Below are positions 41,223 to 51,804 of a stretch of DNA of 64,000 nucleotides, piece by piece. The stretch's first letter is position 1; each line of letters starts with the position of its first letter. A program made the position numbers and the translations under genes. This stretch comes from an uncultured delta proteobacterium (GTDB taxonomy: Bacteria > Desulfobacterota > Desulfobacteria > Desulfobacterales > QNYZ01). The notes under the pieces were generated by a model, which searched no databases, was not told the origin of the DNA, and was given only the letters and a program-made list of their open reading frames with translations. The stretch spans positions 320,001 to 384,000 of the forward strand of contig CAWJQU010000005.1 in assembly GCA_963845145.1 (NCBI GenBank), in the 5' to 3' direction.

Positions 41223-42935
41223 TCAGTCATCCAGAAGGAGGTTTATAATCGGCGCAACCACACCCCGCCGAGGTGCACGCCCGTCGCGAAGATAATTCCC
41301 CCGGGCCGTTGGCCATAAAAGCTGATTCGATGCGGATCCAGGAACGGTGTAAATAAATAATCCGGCCCCAAACGTCTGCACAAGAATTTCCAGGTTACCA
41401 TTCCCGTTAGCGTCCATGATGGTGGGAGCGGCAGGCGCCCCCTTGCCATTACCATTTGTCCCCTGTTCCGGTAGCTGAATATCATAGAGCACATTACCAT
41501 TCGCGTTAAGAATCATAAGATACCCATGGGGTTGACCCGGCTTAATGTTATTCGGGTCACCATAGGTACAAAGAATCAATTCAGGCGCATTATCCCGGTT
41601 AAGATCGGCCACGGAGATCTCCGATGCGTACATTATCGCTCGACCATGGCGGATATTTCGCCGCCATAACAATCCGGCTGTGGCCGAGGTGCAATAGATG
41701 TAACCGTCGTGTGCGGCGTACAAAATTTCCGGTCGCGCATCACCGCGAATATTTACAACGGTTGGCGCCGGTGGGTTTCGAGGGGGATACCAACTGCGGT
41801 TGCCCCGGTTAAGGGGATACCCTGATGATGGCAAGCTTTCCCATCCAGGCAATCGCCGCGCGGAACGATCACCATTGCCATAGCCGCCCTCCAAAACCAT
41901 AATCGAATGGTGCTTGGTGTCATAAGGCACATCTTTTTCCACATTGGCAACGCCCACCACCTCATTTCTTCCGTCCCGATTGAGATCCGCCACCGACGGT
42001 GGAGAAGCTGTCCATTGCATCCATTTTTGACTTCTGGGATGCGGCCAAGCGCCACTATGTAAATGGTAGTGATTATGCTCGACCCCAGCATTAAACCAGC
42101 GAATGAACTGACCCCAATTCAACCGATTCCCCGAATAAGAAGAATGCCGATTGGTATAATAAGGGGAGGATAGCATGCTGACCCCAGTATGCTGGAAGAC
42201 ATTAATCTGGTGGTTATCAAAAGTGACCACAATCTCCAGCTGAGAATCATCGTCCAGGTTACCGATACCCACATTTAACCCATAGCAGCCATAACCATGA
42301 TTACCGGGACCGTTTACTGTGGCATCGTTACCTGGTCCAGTAGCGGTATTGTACCGCGGCCAGGCCTGATAACCCAAACCTGAAGGTTGATAATGGTTGC
42401 CGCTATGGCTAAAAACGAAAACCTGGGCGCCCTCCGAGTCAGTTTGCGTCGTCGTGGCGACGATCTCTATGGAACCGTTGCCATCAAGATCACCGGCAGC
42501 CATGCCGCGCACTTCAGGACACTGGCCGGCCGAACAAACACTGGCGGGCCATCCGTTTTTAGCCACCAGTCGATTACCACGCCACTCGTAAGCAACAACC
42601 TCGTCCCCACTACCTGCGACGATCTCATATACGCCATCGCCCTCCAGGTCGGCCACCACCGCCGGGGCATAAACACGTGAACCAAGATTAATCCGGTCCA
42701 GTTCATTGCCGTTACCGTCCCAAACGATGATATTGTAAAATGTACCGATAATCTTACGTGAACCGCTGCCTAAATGGTGAACCATGGGTGATGCAAACCA
42801 AGCGGTACCCGTCCCCCTAATCTGGCGAAGCATTACCGGCCGCCGTACCGGTGCCGCCCAAAGGGAAGCTGGGATTATAAATATGATAAAAATCCCTGCC
42901 AATACTCGATAAATAGATGCATTTCTTGGAATCAT
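41223..42935 (-). CDS. Secreted FG-GAP/VCBS repeat beta-propeller protein
   Basis: Signal peptide; repeated DLxGDGxxEIV motifs (DLEGDGVYEIV, DLDGNGSIEIV, NLDDDSQLEIV, DLNRDGRNEVV, DANGNGNLEIL). Confidence 0.8.
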   Translation of the reverse strand: MIPRNASIYRVLAGIFIIFIIPASLWAAPVRRPVMLRQIRGTGTAWFASPMVHHLGSGSRKIIGTFYNIIVWDGNGNELDRINLGSRVYAPAVVADLEGDGVYEIVAGSGDEVVAYEWRGNRLVAKNGWPASVCSAGQCPEVRGMAAGDLDGNGSIEIVATTTQTDSEGAQVFVFSHSGNHYQPSGLGYQAWPRYNTATGPGNDATVNGPGNHGYGCYGLNVGIGNLDDDSQLEIVVTFDNHQINVFQHTGVSMLSSPYYTNRHSSYSGNRLNWGQFIRWFNAGVEHNHYHLHSGAWPHPRSQKWMQWTASPPSVADLNRDGRNEVVGVANVEKDVPYDTKHHSIMVLEGGYGNGDRSARRLPGWESLPSSGYPLNRGNRSWYPPRNPPAPTVVNIRGDARPEILYAAHDGYIYCTSATAGLLWRRNIRHGRAIMYASEISVADLNRDNAPELILCTYGDPNNIKPGQPHGYLMILNANGNVLYDIQLPEQGTNGNGKGAPAAPTIMDANGNGNLEILVQTFGAGLFIYTVPGSASNQLLWPTARGNYLRDGRAPRRGVVAPIINLLLDD

Positions 42936-43199
42936 CAGTCACCACCTTGTTTATTTGGAGGGTCCCCATAGTGGCAATAGGCTTCAAAATGAATGCTTTC
43001 CGGCATTTTTGGGTAATTGCGAATCCGACACATCGGGACCGGCGAGACAATATCGATCATGCTATCCCCAATTTCACACCTGCTATACAATCCCAACCGG
43101 TGAGACCTGTCAACCAAGAACCAGACGTTTAAACATGATCCATGGAGTGTAAGAGATGATTTGGTTGAATTGTGGAAGAATGAGATCAACAAAAACAAT

Positions 43200-43235
43200 A
43201 AAGGCCTGTCACGAGGTTAATCGTAACAGGCCTTT
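43200..43235. terminator. Terminator hairpin after the modified tRNA-Asp copy
   Basis: AAAGGCCTGT...ACAGGCCTTT; diverged duplicate of the hairpin at 43543..43582. Confidence 0.7.
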
Positions 43236-43242
43236 ATATAAA

Positions 43243-43307
43243 TGGCGGGGACGACGAGACTTGAACTCGCGACCTTCCCGTCAAGACTGACGGGACGTTC
43301 TAACCAG
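43243..43307 (-). repeat. tRNA-Asp-derived copy (D-loop to CCA) with anticodon arm replaced by a 20-nt hairpin
   Basis: CTGGTTAGAACG-TCCCGTCAGTCTTGACGGGA-AGGTCGCGAGTTCAAGTCTCGTCGTCCCCGCCA; flanks identical to tRNA-Asp at 43587..43665. Confidence 0.9.
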
Positions 43308-43541
43308 TGTCTCGATATAATTTCGGCTTTTGCGGCTTTTTATTTTATTTTCACGCCTAACAGCTTCGGATCGACTTGCGTGGGCTTCTGAGTATATCAA
43401 ATCCCACGGGCGTTTTCGTTTCGTATATTTTGAACGACCCTGGTTATGGCGCTCAACGCGGATGCGTAAATCTTGTGTTGACCCGACATAGTAACTGCCG
43501 TCTTTTTGGCTCTGGAGAATGTAAGTGTAATGACGCATCAT
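43281..43541 (-). CDS. Small stand-alone GIY-YIG nuclease
   Basis: YTYILQS..DGSYYVGST, RVERHNQG, YTKRKRPW, AVRRENKIK. Confidence 0.9.
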   Translation of the reverse strand: MMRHYTYILQSQKDGSYYVGSTQDLRIRVERHNQGRSKYTKRKRPWDLIYSEAHASRSEAVRRENKIKSRKSRNYIETLVRTSRQS

Positions 43542-43542
43542 G

Positions 43543-43582
43543 AAAAAAGGCCTGCCACGAAATGATTCGCAGCAGGCCTTTT
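43543..43582 (-). terminator. Intrinsic terminator after tRNA-Asp
   Basis: Minus strand AAAAGGCCTGC...GCAGGCCTTTTTT immediately before the GIY-YIG ATG. Confidence 0.75.
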
Positions 43583-43586
43583 ATAA

Positions 43587-43665
43587 TGGCGGGGACGACG
43601 AGACTTGAACTCGCGACCTCCGGCTTGACAGGCCGGCGTTCTAACCAGAACTGAACTACGCCCCC
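43587..43665 (-). tRNA. tRNA-Asp (GTC)
   Basis: GGGGGCGTAGTTCAGTTCTGGTTAGAACGCCGGCCTGTCAAGCCGGAGGTCGCGAGTTCAAGTCTCGTCGTCCCCGCCA folds as a cloverleaf. Confidence 0.97.
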
Positions 43666-43718
43666 AAAATTTATTAACTAATCTACGGATAAAACAATTA
43701 GTCGGTAGTCAGCATCAA

Positions 43719-43774
43719 GCGACCTTCCCGTCAGGACTGACGGGACGTTCTAACCAGAACTGAACTACGCCCCC
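43719..43774 (-). repeat. tRNA-Asp-derived 5' copy with anticodon arm replaced by a 20-nt hairpin, truncated in the T stem
   Basis: GGGGGCGTAGTTCAGTTCTGGTTAGAACG-TCCCGTCAGTCCTGACGGGA-AGGTCGC. Confidence 0.9.
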
Positions 43775-43821
43775 AAATTCTCAAATTTTTCTGTTTTACA
43801 GTCCGGAATCCAACGTATCCT

Positions 43822-44061
43822 GACTGGTAGGCGGAACAGGGCTTGAACCTGTGACCTTCCCGCTCTGTTCAGCGGGACGCTCTGTCCTATTTCTTATCAT
43901 TTCTCCAGCCCATCCTTCGTTCGGACTGGTAGGCGGAACAGGGCTTGAACCTGTGACCTTCCCGCTCTGTTCAGCGGGACGCTCTGTCCTATTTCTTATC
44001 ATTTCTCCAGCCCATCCTTCGTTCGGACTGGTAGGCGGAACAGGGCTTGAACCTGTGACCT
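43822..44061 (-). repeat. 102-bp tandem repeat containing tRNA-Val 3' parts with replaced anticodon arm
   Basis: CCA ends at 43825, 43927 and 44029 (period 102); two identical units with AGAGCG-TCCCGCTGAACAGAGCGGGA-AGGTCACAGGTTCAAGCCCTGTTCCGCCTACCA. Confidence 0.92.
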
Positions 44062-44104
44062 CCGGCTTGTAAGGCCGGCGCTCTCCCAACTGAGCTACCC
44101 GCCC
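44029..44104 (-). tRNA. tRNA-Val (TAC)
   Basis: GGGCGGGTAGCTCAGTTGGGAGAGCGCCGGCCTTACAAGCCGGAGGTCACAGGTTCAAGCCCTGTTCCGCCTACCA, 76 nt. Confidence 0.97.
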
Positions 44105-44216
44105 ACGGTTTTCCTGACCGCCTTGGCGATGTTTCTCAAAGCGTTCTCTGGCTACCAGTTGCATTGCCGCTTGTCAAGCTGAATTTGAGTCATCCCTGAA
44201 ACTAACTGACCGGGGA

Positions 44217-46634
44217 CTAACTAACAGAATCAGAGCTCATGGACAGGGATGCGTCACTGGTCTTAAAAACGGTGGTTCGTTTCTCCGGAACCAGGGAATG
44301 CGACAGCACTTCATCCATATGCGCGACGGTACGATTTCCATCTGATTTTGGATGTTGGCCGGAATATCTCTTAAATCTTTTTTATTCTCCTCGGGAATCA
44401 ACACTTTATGAATACCGCCCCTATGGGCGGCCAGAAATTTTTCTTTTAATCCGCCAATGGGCAAAACCCGGCCCCGCAAGGTAATTTCACCGGTCATGGC
44501 TACAAATCGGCTCACCGGTGTCTTGGTCAGTGCGGAAACAATTGAGGTGCACATGGCAATACCAGCGGAAGGGTCCGTCTTTCGGGGTGGCCCCGTCGGG
44601 AATATGAATATGAATATCAAATTTTCGATAAAATCTTTCCTCGATGCCCAGCTCATTGGCCCGGGAGCGAACATAACTGATGGCTGCCTGGGCCGATTCT
44701 TTCATGACATCACCCAGTTTACCGGTAACAGTGTGAACCCCCTTACCCGGCATGACAACCGTCTCGGCGCAGAGCAGTTCCCCACCGACTTGCGTCCAGG
44801 CCAGTCCGGTGGCAATTCCCACCTGATCGTTTTCTTCGACCTGGCCGTATCGAAACGGCGGTGGACCCAGATGTTTTTTAATGGATGTCGCTGAGATAAG
44901 AATCGGCTTGGTTATTTTTTTCTTAACCACGTTCCGGGCAATTTTTCGACAAACGGAAGCGATCTCACGCTCGAGATTTCGAACCCCCGCTTCCCGTGTG
45001 TAACGCTGAATCAACAGTTTAATGGCATTCTTGGAAAAAGAGATGTCAACGTCTTTCAATCCGTTCATTTCGATCTGCTTGGGCAGCAGAAAGCCGACGG
45101 CGATATGGTATTTTTCATTTTCCGTGTATCCGGGCAGTCGAATGATTTCCATTCGATCCTGCAAGGGTAACGGAATTTCGGGCAAGGTGTTGGCCGTCGT
45201 GATAAACAAGATGTCGGACAGATCATAATCCACATCAAGGTAGTGATCGTTAAATGCGTAGTTTTGTTCGGGATCGAGTACTTCCAAGAGCGCCGCCGAA
45301 GGATCGCCCCTGAAGTCCATGCTCATCTTGTCAACTTCATCCAGACAGAAGACCGGATTGTTGACGCCCGCTTTTTTCAAAGATTGAATGATCTTACCGG
45401 GCATTGCACCGATATAGGTGCGGCGATGCCCACGAATCTCGGCCTCATCCCGGACACCTCCCAAAGAGAGGCGTATATATTTCCGGCCGGTAGCCCGCGC
45501 AATGGATCGGGCCAGAGAGGTTTTACCAACTCCCGGCGGGCCGACAAAGCAAAGAATCGGGCCGCGAACCTTTTTTACCAGCAGTTCCACGGCCAGATAT
45601 TCCACAATCCGTTCTTTGGGTTTTTCGAGGCTGTAATGGTCTTCGTCCAGAATGGTCTCGGCTTTTTCAAGGTCGCCATAGACCTCGGCTTTTTCAAACC
45701 AGGGCAGGCTGATTAACCAGTCGATGTAACCCCGCACCACGGTCGCTTCGGCCGACATGGGCGCCATCATGGTCAATTTCTTAAATTCGTGTTTGACTTT
45801 CTCCCTGGCCTCCTCAGACATCTCTTTGGCTTCGATCTGTTTTTCCAGTTCTTTCAGATCGTCCGGTGCATCGTCTTCCGCCCCCATCTCCTTTTTGATC
45901 GCTCGCATCTGTTCGTTGAGATAGTAGCTTTTCTGGGTCTTTTCCATCTGCTTTTTGACCCGGGTTTTGATACGCTGATCCATCTTGAAAATATCGATCT
46001 CAAGCTTGATCAATTCCATCAGGGTGGCCAAACGATCGCTTAAATCTGCGGCTTCCAGCAATCTTTGTTTGTCCTCGATTTTGAATGAAAAATGGGCGGA
46101 GATGGTATCGGCCAGCTGAGAGGGATCGTTAATGGCCAGCACACTTTTGACGAGATCCTTAGAGATATTTTTATTGAGTTCAGCGTACGTTTCAAAACTT
46201 TTCTTGACCCCTCGCACCAGGGCCTCTTTTTCCGCCGCGACCAAGGGCAATTCCTCGATTGGCTCAAGTTCAACGCGAAAATACTCCAGATGCGGTAAAA
46301 ACCTGACGATACGCGATCTTTCGATCCCTTCCACCAGCGCCTTGACGGTACCATCGGGAAGCTTAAGCAGTTGAAGGACCTTGCCGATGGTCCCCATCCG
46401 GCTGATATCTTTTTCTTCGGGGTTGTCAATGCCTGCATCGGTCTGGGTGGCCAGAAAAATCCGTTTATCCCGATTCATCGCGCTGGTAAGGGCCTTAACC
46501 GACTTATCCCGCCCCACAAATAAGGGCGCCACCATATGGGGAAAAACGACAATGTCCCTAAGCGGCAGCAGGGGAAGTTCAAATAGATCCGAATCGCTAT
46601 CGATCCGATCGGGTTTCTTGGGAAAACCTATCAT
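44217..46634 (-). CDS. lon: ATP-dependent protease La (frameshifts near the 3' end)
   Basis: [58 protein letters not shown]. Confidence 0.95.
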
Positions 46635-46704
46635 CCTTTATTCATATCCTTTGGTTTTTTTAGGTATGTACAGCTATCGAGAGCCCGGCCCCGGGATATC
46701 GGGG

Positions 46705-47956
46705 CTATGCTTGTTTTTTGGTTTGCTCGTATAGCAGAATCGGATCTTCATCGTTTAAGACGACCTCTTTATTAACCACACATTCCTTGACATTATCTAT
46801 GGAAGGAATTTCGTACATAATATTGATCAGACACTTTTCCAAAATAGACCGCAACCCTCTGGCGCCCGATTTTCGTTTCATGGCTTCATCGGCAATGGCC
46901 GACAAGGCGTCATCGGTAAAACGCAGGTTCACTCCTTCCATTTCAAATAATTTTTTATATTGTTTGACCAGTGCGTTTTTCGGCTCCGTCAAAATACGAA
47001 TCAGGGCCGAATTGTCCAGTTCAGCCAGCGTGGCGATGACCGGCAAGCGGCCTAAAAATTCGGGGATCAGGCCAAATTTAATCAGGTCTTCCGGACGGAC
47101 CTTTAAGCAGGGTTTCACCGATATTTGCTTCCTTCTGATCGATGACGTTGCCGCTGAACCCCATCACGCTGGCACCTTTTCGCCTTTGAATGATCTGTTC
47201 AAGGCCATTGAACGTTCCACCGCAAATAAATAGAATATTGGAGGTATCCACTTTGACGAAAATCCTGCTGGGGATGTTTGCGTCCCCCTTTGGGCGGAAC
47301 GCTTGCCGTGGTGCCTTCGATAATTTTTAACAGCGCCTGCTGAACGCCTTCACCGGAAACATCCCGGGTGATGGAAGGATTATCTGATTTACTGGCGATC
47401 TTATCGATTTCATCGATATAGACGATGCCGCGTTTGGCCTTTTCCACATCGTAGTCGGCGTTTTGAAGCAAGGACAGGATGATATTCTCAACATCCTCCC
47501 CAACGTAACCGGCTTCGGTAAGGCTCGTGGCATCGGCAATGGTAAAGGGCACATTTAAAAATCGAGCCAATGTCTGGGCCAGCAAGCGTTTTGCCGCACC
47601 CGGTGGGCCCAATGAAAAGGATATTGCTTTTTTGCAGCTCCACATCCCCGTTAGAGGATACCGGTGAGTCCAGCCGTTTATAATGATTGTAAACAGCTAC
47701 AGACAGGACTTTCTTGGCAACATCCTGCTCGATAACATACTCATCGAGCTTGGCGTTAATCTCTTTGGGCAGCAGGCTTTTTTCATTCTCGTCCCGATCC
47801 TGCTCGCACTCCTCCTCGATGATCTCACCGCACAAGTTGAATACACTCATCGCAAATATAAACGGCAGGCCCGGCAATGAGCTTGGTCACTTCCTTTTGA
47901 CTTTTACCGCAAAATGAGCAAAACAGATTGTCGTTGGATTCGTCTTTATCGGACAT
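46705..47956 (-). CDS. clpX: Clp protease ATP-binding subunit (frameshifted)
   Basis: CSFCGKSQ...[46 protein letters not shown]. Confidence 0.95.
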
Positions 47957-47957
47957 A

Positions 47958-48586
47958 TTAAGACTCCGTCTTTCTATTTTTGCCCTCAATGAGCTCAAGG
48001 TCGTCACGATCCTGAATCACATGATCAATGAGTCCGTATTCTTTCGAATCGGCACCGGACATGAAAAAGTCGCGATCCGTGTCTTTTTGAACCCGTTCCA
48101 AGGGCTGGGCAGTATGTTTTGCCAGAATATCGTTTAAGGTATCTTTAAGTCTCAATATTTCCGTGGCCTGGAGAGCAATATCCGAGGCCTGGCCTTGTAC
48201 CCCGCCCATGGGCTGGTGGATCATAATTCTGGAATTGGGAAGTGAGTAGCGTTTGCCCTTGGCGCCTGCCGCCAGAAGCAACGCGCCCATGCTGGCGGCC
48301 TGTCCGATACAGTGTGTGGCGATATCCGGCTTGATATATTGCATGGTATCGTAAACGGCCAGCCCTGCCGTTACACTGCCCCCGGGGGAATTGATATAAA
48401 AATTGATCTCCCTCCCCGGATCTTCGGATTCGAGAAAGAGCAATTGGGCGATCAGCACGTTGGCGACTTCATCGTTAATGGCCGTTCCTAAGAAATACAA
48501 TTCGATCTTTTAGTAGCCGTGAGTAAATATCATAGGCGCGTTCACCGCGGCTGCTCTGCTCGATAACCATTGGGAATTAGTGGCAC
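47958..48586 (-). CDS. clpP: Clp protease proteolytic subunit (GTG start, one frameshift)
   Basis: [48 protein letters not shown]. Confidence 0.95.
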
Positions 48587-48768
48587 GATTTTGCCTCCTT
48601 ATATACGAACATTATAACTACCCGCATTCATTAAATATCGGCATCACTTGCTGAAACTTGAGTCATTTTGTACCCGGTGATATTCGAGAGCTCATCGCCT
48701 ATTCGCCCCATATCCCTTCAATCATGTGGGTTTTTTTCGCAGTAAATGATTCTGTTGTCACCTGTTTT

Positions 48769-50121
48769 TTACTCGGCTGTTTCGCCGGCATCCGGTTCGC
48801 TCGACTCTTTTTCATCCGTATCTGGCGTCACTTCTTTGATTTCACCATGTTCCATTATAAGCTTAATCGCCTTTTTTTCAAGTAAGCTGTGTTTGAAAAA
48901 TTCAAACCGATTTTCATCATTTTTCATGTATTCTTTTATAATATCAACAGGCTGGTTGTACGCTGCGGCCATCTCATTTAAACCGGCATCGGTTTCATCA
49001 TCGGCCAGCGACAGGTCTTCTTGTTCAATAATCTTATTTAAAATCAGCTGCCGCCGCACTTGTTTAACGGCCACATCGCGATAATTATCGCGCAGTTGAT
49101 CCGTATCGATACCGGCATCTTCCATTTTCATGTTCCGGGCAGAAAAGGATTGTTCCGCCTCATTGATAATACTGGTTAGTTCATGCTCCACCAGGCTGTC
49201 GGGCACCTCGAAATCGGCTTTTTTCAAAAGATCGGTGAAAATTTGCTCGTTTAATTCTTGCTCAGCACGCTTGTCGTACCCCTCTTGAAGATTTTCTGTT
49301 ATTTTTCCCTTCAATTCATCCAAATTTTCATAGGGACCCAGGCCTTTGGCAAAAGCATCGTCCATCGCCGGCAATGTCTCTTTCCGAATCTCTTTTAGCT
49401 CGACCTGAAACGTCACCTGACGGCCGGCCAGTTTTTTATTGAAATAATCATCGGCAAACTGAACCGTGATCGCTTTTTCGTCTCCGGGATTCATCCCGAT
49501 TAGTTGTTCGTCAAAATCTTCGTGGATTCGCTTTTCACCGATTTTTTGCGAGAAATCGATGGTTTTTTCCATGCCTTCAAGGGGTTGGTCGTTTTCAAAG
49601 CCTTCATAATCGATCAGCACGATGTCATCTTTGGCGGCCGGACGGGTTTCATCAAGGGGTTCATGTCGGGCCATATTTTTCTGGAGCATTTTAAGCTGCA
49701 TATCAAGCTCTTCATCGCTGGCCTTGTAAAGCTTTTTTTCAAGAGGGATACCTTTAAATTCAATATCTTCCAGCTCCGGCGTCACCTCAACGGTGGCATC
49801 ATAGGTAAACGGGCTGTCCTTTTCCAGGTCGGAAGGATCCACTTCGGGCTTTCCCACAAGGTTCAGGTCGTGCTCCTTAACCGCTTCCACAAATGTATCC
49901 TGGATCAGGCGGGAGGCGACATCGGCATGAACATCCTTTTTATAGTATTGCTCTAGCACACTACGCGGGGTTTTACCTGGCCGAAAACCTTTGACCTTGG
50001 CGTTGCGTTTTAAATCCTGGTAAGCCGCATCCAGGGCATCTTTAACTTCGTCCTTCGGCACTTCGATGTGCAGGGTCTTTTTAACGGTACTGACATCTTC
50101 AATGGTAACTTTCATCATCAT
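48769..50121 (-). CDS. tig: Trigger factor
   Basis: GFRPGKTP signature; upstream of clpP-clpX-lon. Confidence 0.95.
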   Translation of the reverse strand: MMMKVTIEDVSTVKKTLHIEVPKDEVKDALDAAYQDLKRNAKVKGFRPGKTPRSVLEQYYKKDVHADVASRLIQDTFVEAVKEHDLNLVGKPEVDPSDLEKDSPFTYDATVEVTPELEDIEFKGIPLEKKLYKASDEELDMQLKMLQKNMARHEPLDETRPAAKDDIVLIDYEGFENDQPLEGMEKTIDFSQKIGEKRIHEDFDEQLIGMNPGDEKAITVQFADDYFNKKLAGRQVTFQVELKEIRKETLPAMDDAFAKGLGPYENLDELKGKITENLQEGYDKRAEQELNEQIFTDLLKKADFEVPDSLVEHELTSIINEAEQSFSARNMKMEDAGIDTDQLRDNYRDVAVKQVRRQLILNKIIEQEDLSLADDETDAGLNEMAAAYNQPVDIIKEYMKNDENRFEFFKHSLLEKKAIKLIMEHGEIKEVTPDTDEKESSEPDAGETAE

Positions 50122-50363
50122 CCTTTCGTGAAAAAGAAAAGCCTGAAATGCGTAAATTTCCAGGCAGTTAAATACCAACCAAAATAGAATCTATGAAAAC
50201 TGTCGCTGATTTCCCGTATGGAGATCGACCACCTGATCAAGTCAATCCAACGGTACCATCCTATATGTACCATTAAACAGGTCAAATGGCTGGATTCCCA
50301 ACGACAGCATTATTCCAATACAAACATTTCCCAAATGACCGGTGTCTAATCAATCTCAACAGA

Positions 50364-50450
<87 letters not shown>

Positions 50451-50703
50451 AAAACATCCGTCACTTGACATCACCGGCAAAATCAATAAGATGTCGGCTT
50501 CAATATCACTCCAATCTAATAACAAGCCCATGGGGTGTCAAGAAAATTCGATAGTTACAATAACGGTTAAAAAGCGGGTTGCTTTAATTATAAAAATTGA
50601 TAATGGATGATTCGCTTGATTGGAAATGGAAAGTCGTGTTAGATACCCATCATACCCAAACTATCGGATTGAGCGTGACAATCGATTTATCCAGTTCAAA
50701 CGT

Positions 50704-50780
50704 CGGGGCGTAGCGCAGCCTGGTAGCGCACCTGCTTTGGGAGCAGGGGGCCGGAGGTTCAAATCCTCTCGCCCCGACCA
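50704..50780 (+). tRNA. tRNA-Pro (TGG)
   Basis: CGGGGCGTAGCGCAGCCTGGTAGCGCACCTGCTTTGGGAGCAGGGGGCCGGAGGTTCAAATCCTCTCGCCCCGACCA. Confidence 0.97.
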
Positions 50781-50801
50781 ATAAATTTCAGACAGTTGGT
50801 T

Positions 50802-50838
50802 AAATGCCGATTCCCTCCAGAATCGGCATTTTTCTTTT
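50802..50838 (+). terminator. Intrinsic terminator after tRNA-Pro
   Basis: AAATGCCGATTC-CCTCCA-GAATCGGCATTT-TTCTTTT. Confidence 0.8.
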
Positions 50839-51042
50839 TATGTATATAACTTTTCAAAAAGCTCACTAACAGTCCCTGTATACTGCAAAATAAAAGATCG
50901 GATTGATGGGGTGCGGATGCCCAAAATCTTTCAGAAAGACTCAGGGAGCCCCCAATTATCCTTTAAGGAGAGAAAATCAAATTAACTGCCCAAAGGTTTT
51001 TTGATCTCGATGAGTCAATCTAAAGGATTGGTACAAGTAAAA

Positions 51043-51804
51043 TCAAAGAAGTTTGGACGCAAAATGGGTATAAAATACCTGCTGACGCCCTTTTGCTACC
51101 CTTTTAATGACCCGCTCAATGTTGGCAACGGTAGCGGTATGGTCAAAATCAAAGGGGTGCATGGCAATACGAATCACTTTGCGATCGGACCAAACACGGC
51201 CCAACAACGGGCAAAGTATTAACGAACTATATTTACGACAAAATGTCCGGGTCGCCCAAGTAATCACCGGCACGTGTAGTTGCTGGTCTTGCGCCAACAA
51301 GTAAAGCTGGTTGTGATCCTCGGTAAATAAAAAACCCAGTTCTTTTAAACACAAAATCAGGTTTTCATTAAACAGCCATGCTGGTGCGATGAAGCCTTCG
51401 GGCTGAGCATTCAAATAGCTCTCAAATACGCTTATTCCCTTTCGTATCCGCTCTAATACTATCTGGCGATCGAGTGATAAAAATTCCGCTTCACCGGCGG
51501 TAAGAAATCTTCTTTTGAGCGCTGCCACCGGGGAAAGCTGGGTAACGTGATGGTTGGGTAACTCTTGATGGCTATATCCATGCAAAACCCACTGTACCCG
51601 GAAAGCGCGCTTGTGATGGATCCAGAGGCGGTATGCTTCCAACACGCTTGGCTTAAATGTGGCCGTACGGTTATGGTAGTCAGGGATAAACAGGTAGCTT
51701 ACTTTGGCAAGGCCCAATTTGGTAAACATCTTTTCCGCGCGTTTCAATCGCTTCAGATGAAACGGTGTGACATCATGCAAAGAAATTAGCACCTGGCGAC
51801 CCAT
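51043..51804 (-). CDS. Polysaccharide deacetylase-like protein (DUF2334-like)
   Basis: ISLHDVTP, LHGYSH, GEAEF, GFIAPAW, RIAMHP. Confidence 0.78.
   Translation of the reverse strand: MGRQVLISLHDVTPFHLKRLKRAEKMFTKLGLAKVSYLFIPDYHNRTATFKPSVLEAYRLWIHHKRAFRVQWVLHGYSHQELPNHHVTQLSPVAALKRRFLTAGEAEFLSLDRQIVLERIRKGISVFESYLNAQPEGFIAPAWLFNENLILCLKELGFLFTEDHNQLYLLAQDQQLHVPVITWATRTFCRKYSSLILCPLLGRVWSDRKVIRIAMHPFDFDHTATVANIERVIKRVAKGRQQVFYTHFASKLL

Noticed and set aside
43243..43665. Classical integrase-type genomic island with attL/attR at tRNA-Asp
   Set aside because: No integrase, only about 280 bp between the copies, and the duplicate has a substituted anticodon arm, which att duplication does not explain.
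43822..44061. CRISPR array
   Set aside because: The spacers are identical, the repeat is tRNA-derived, and no cas genes are present.
43796..44164. 122-aa and 73-aa repeat-containing ORFs over the tRNA-Val region
   Set aside because: By-products of a 102-bp (multiple of 3) repeat overlapping a tRNA gene.
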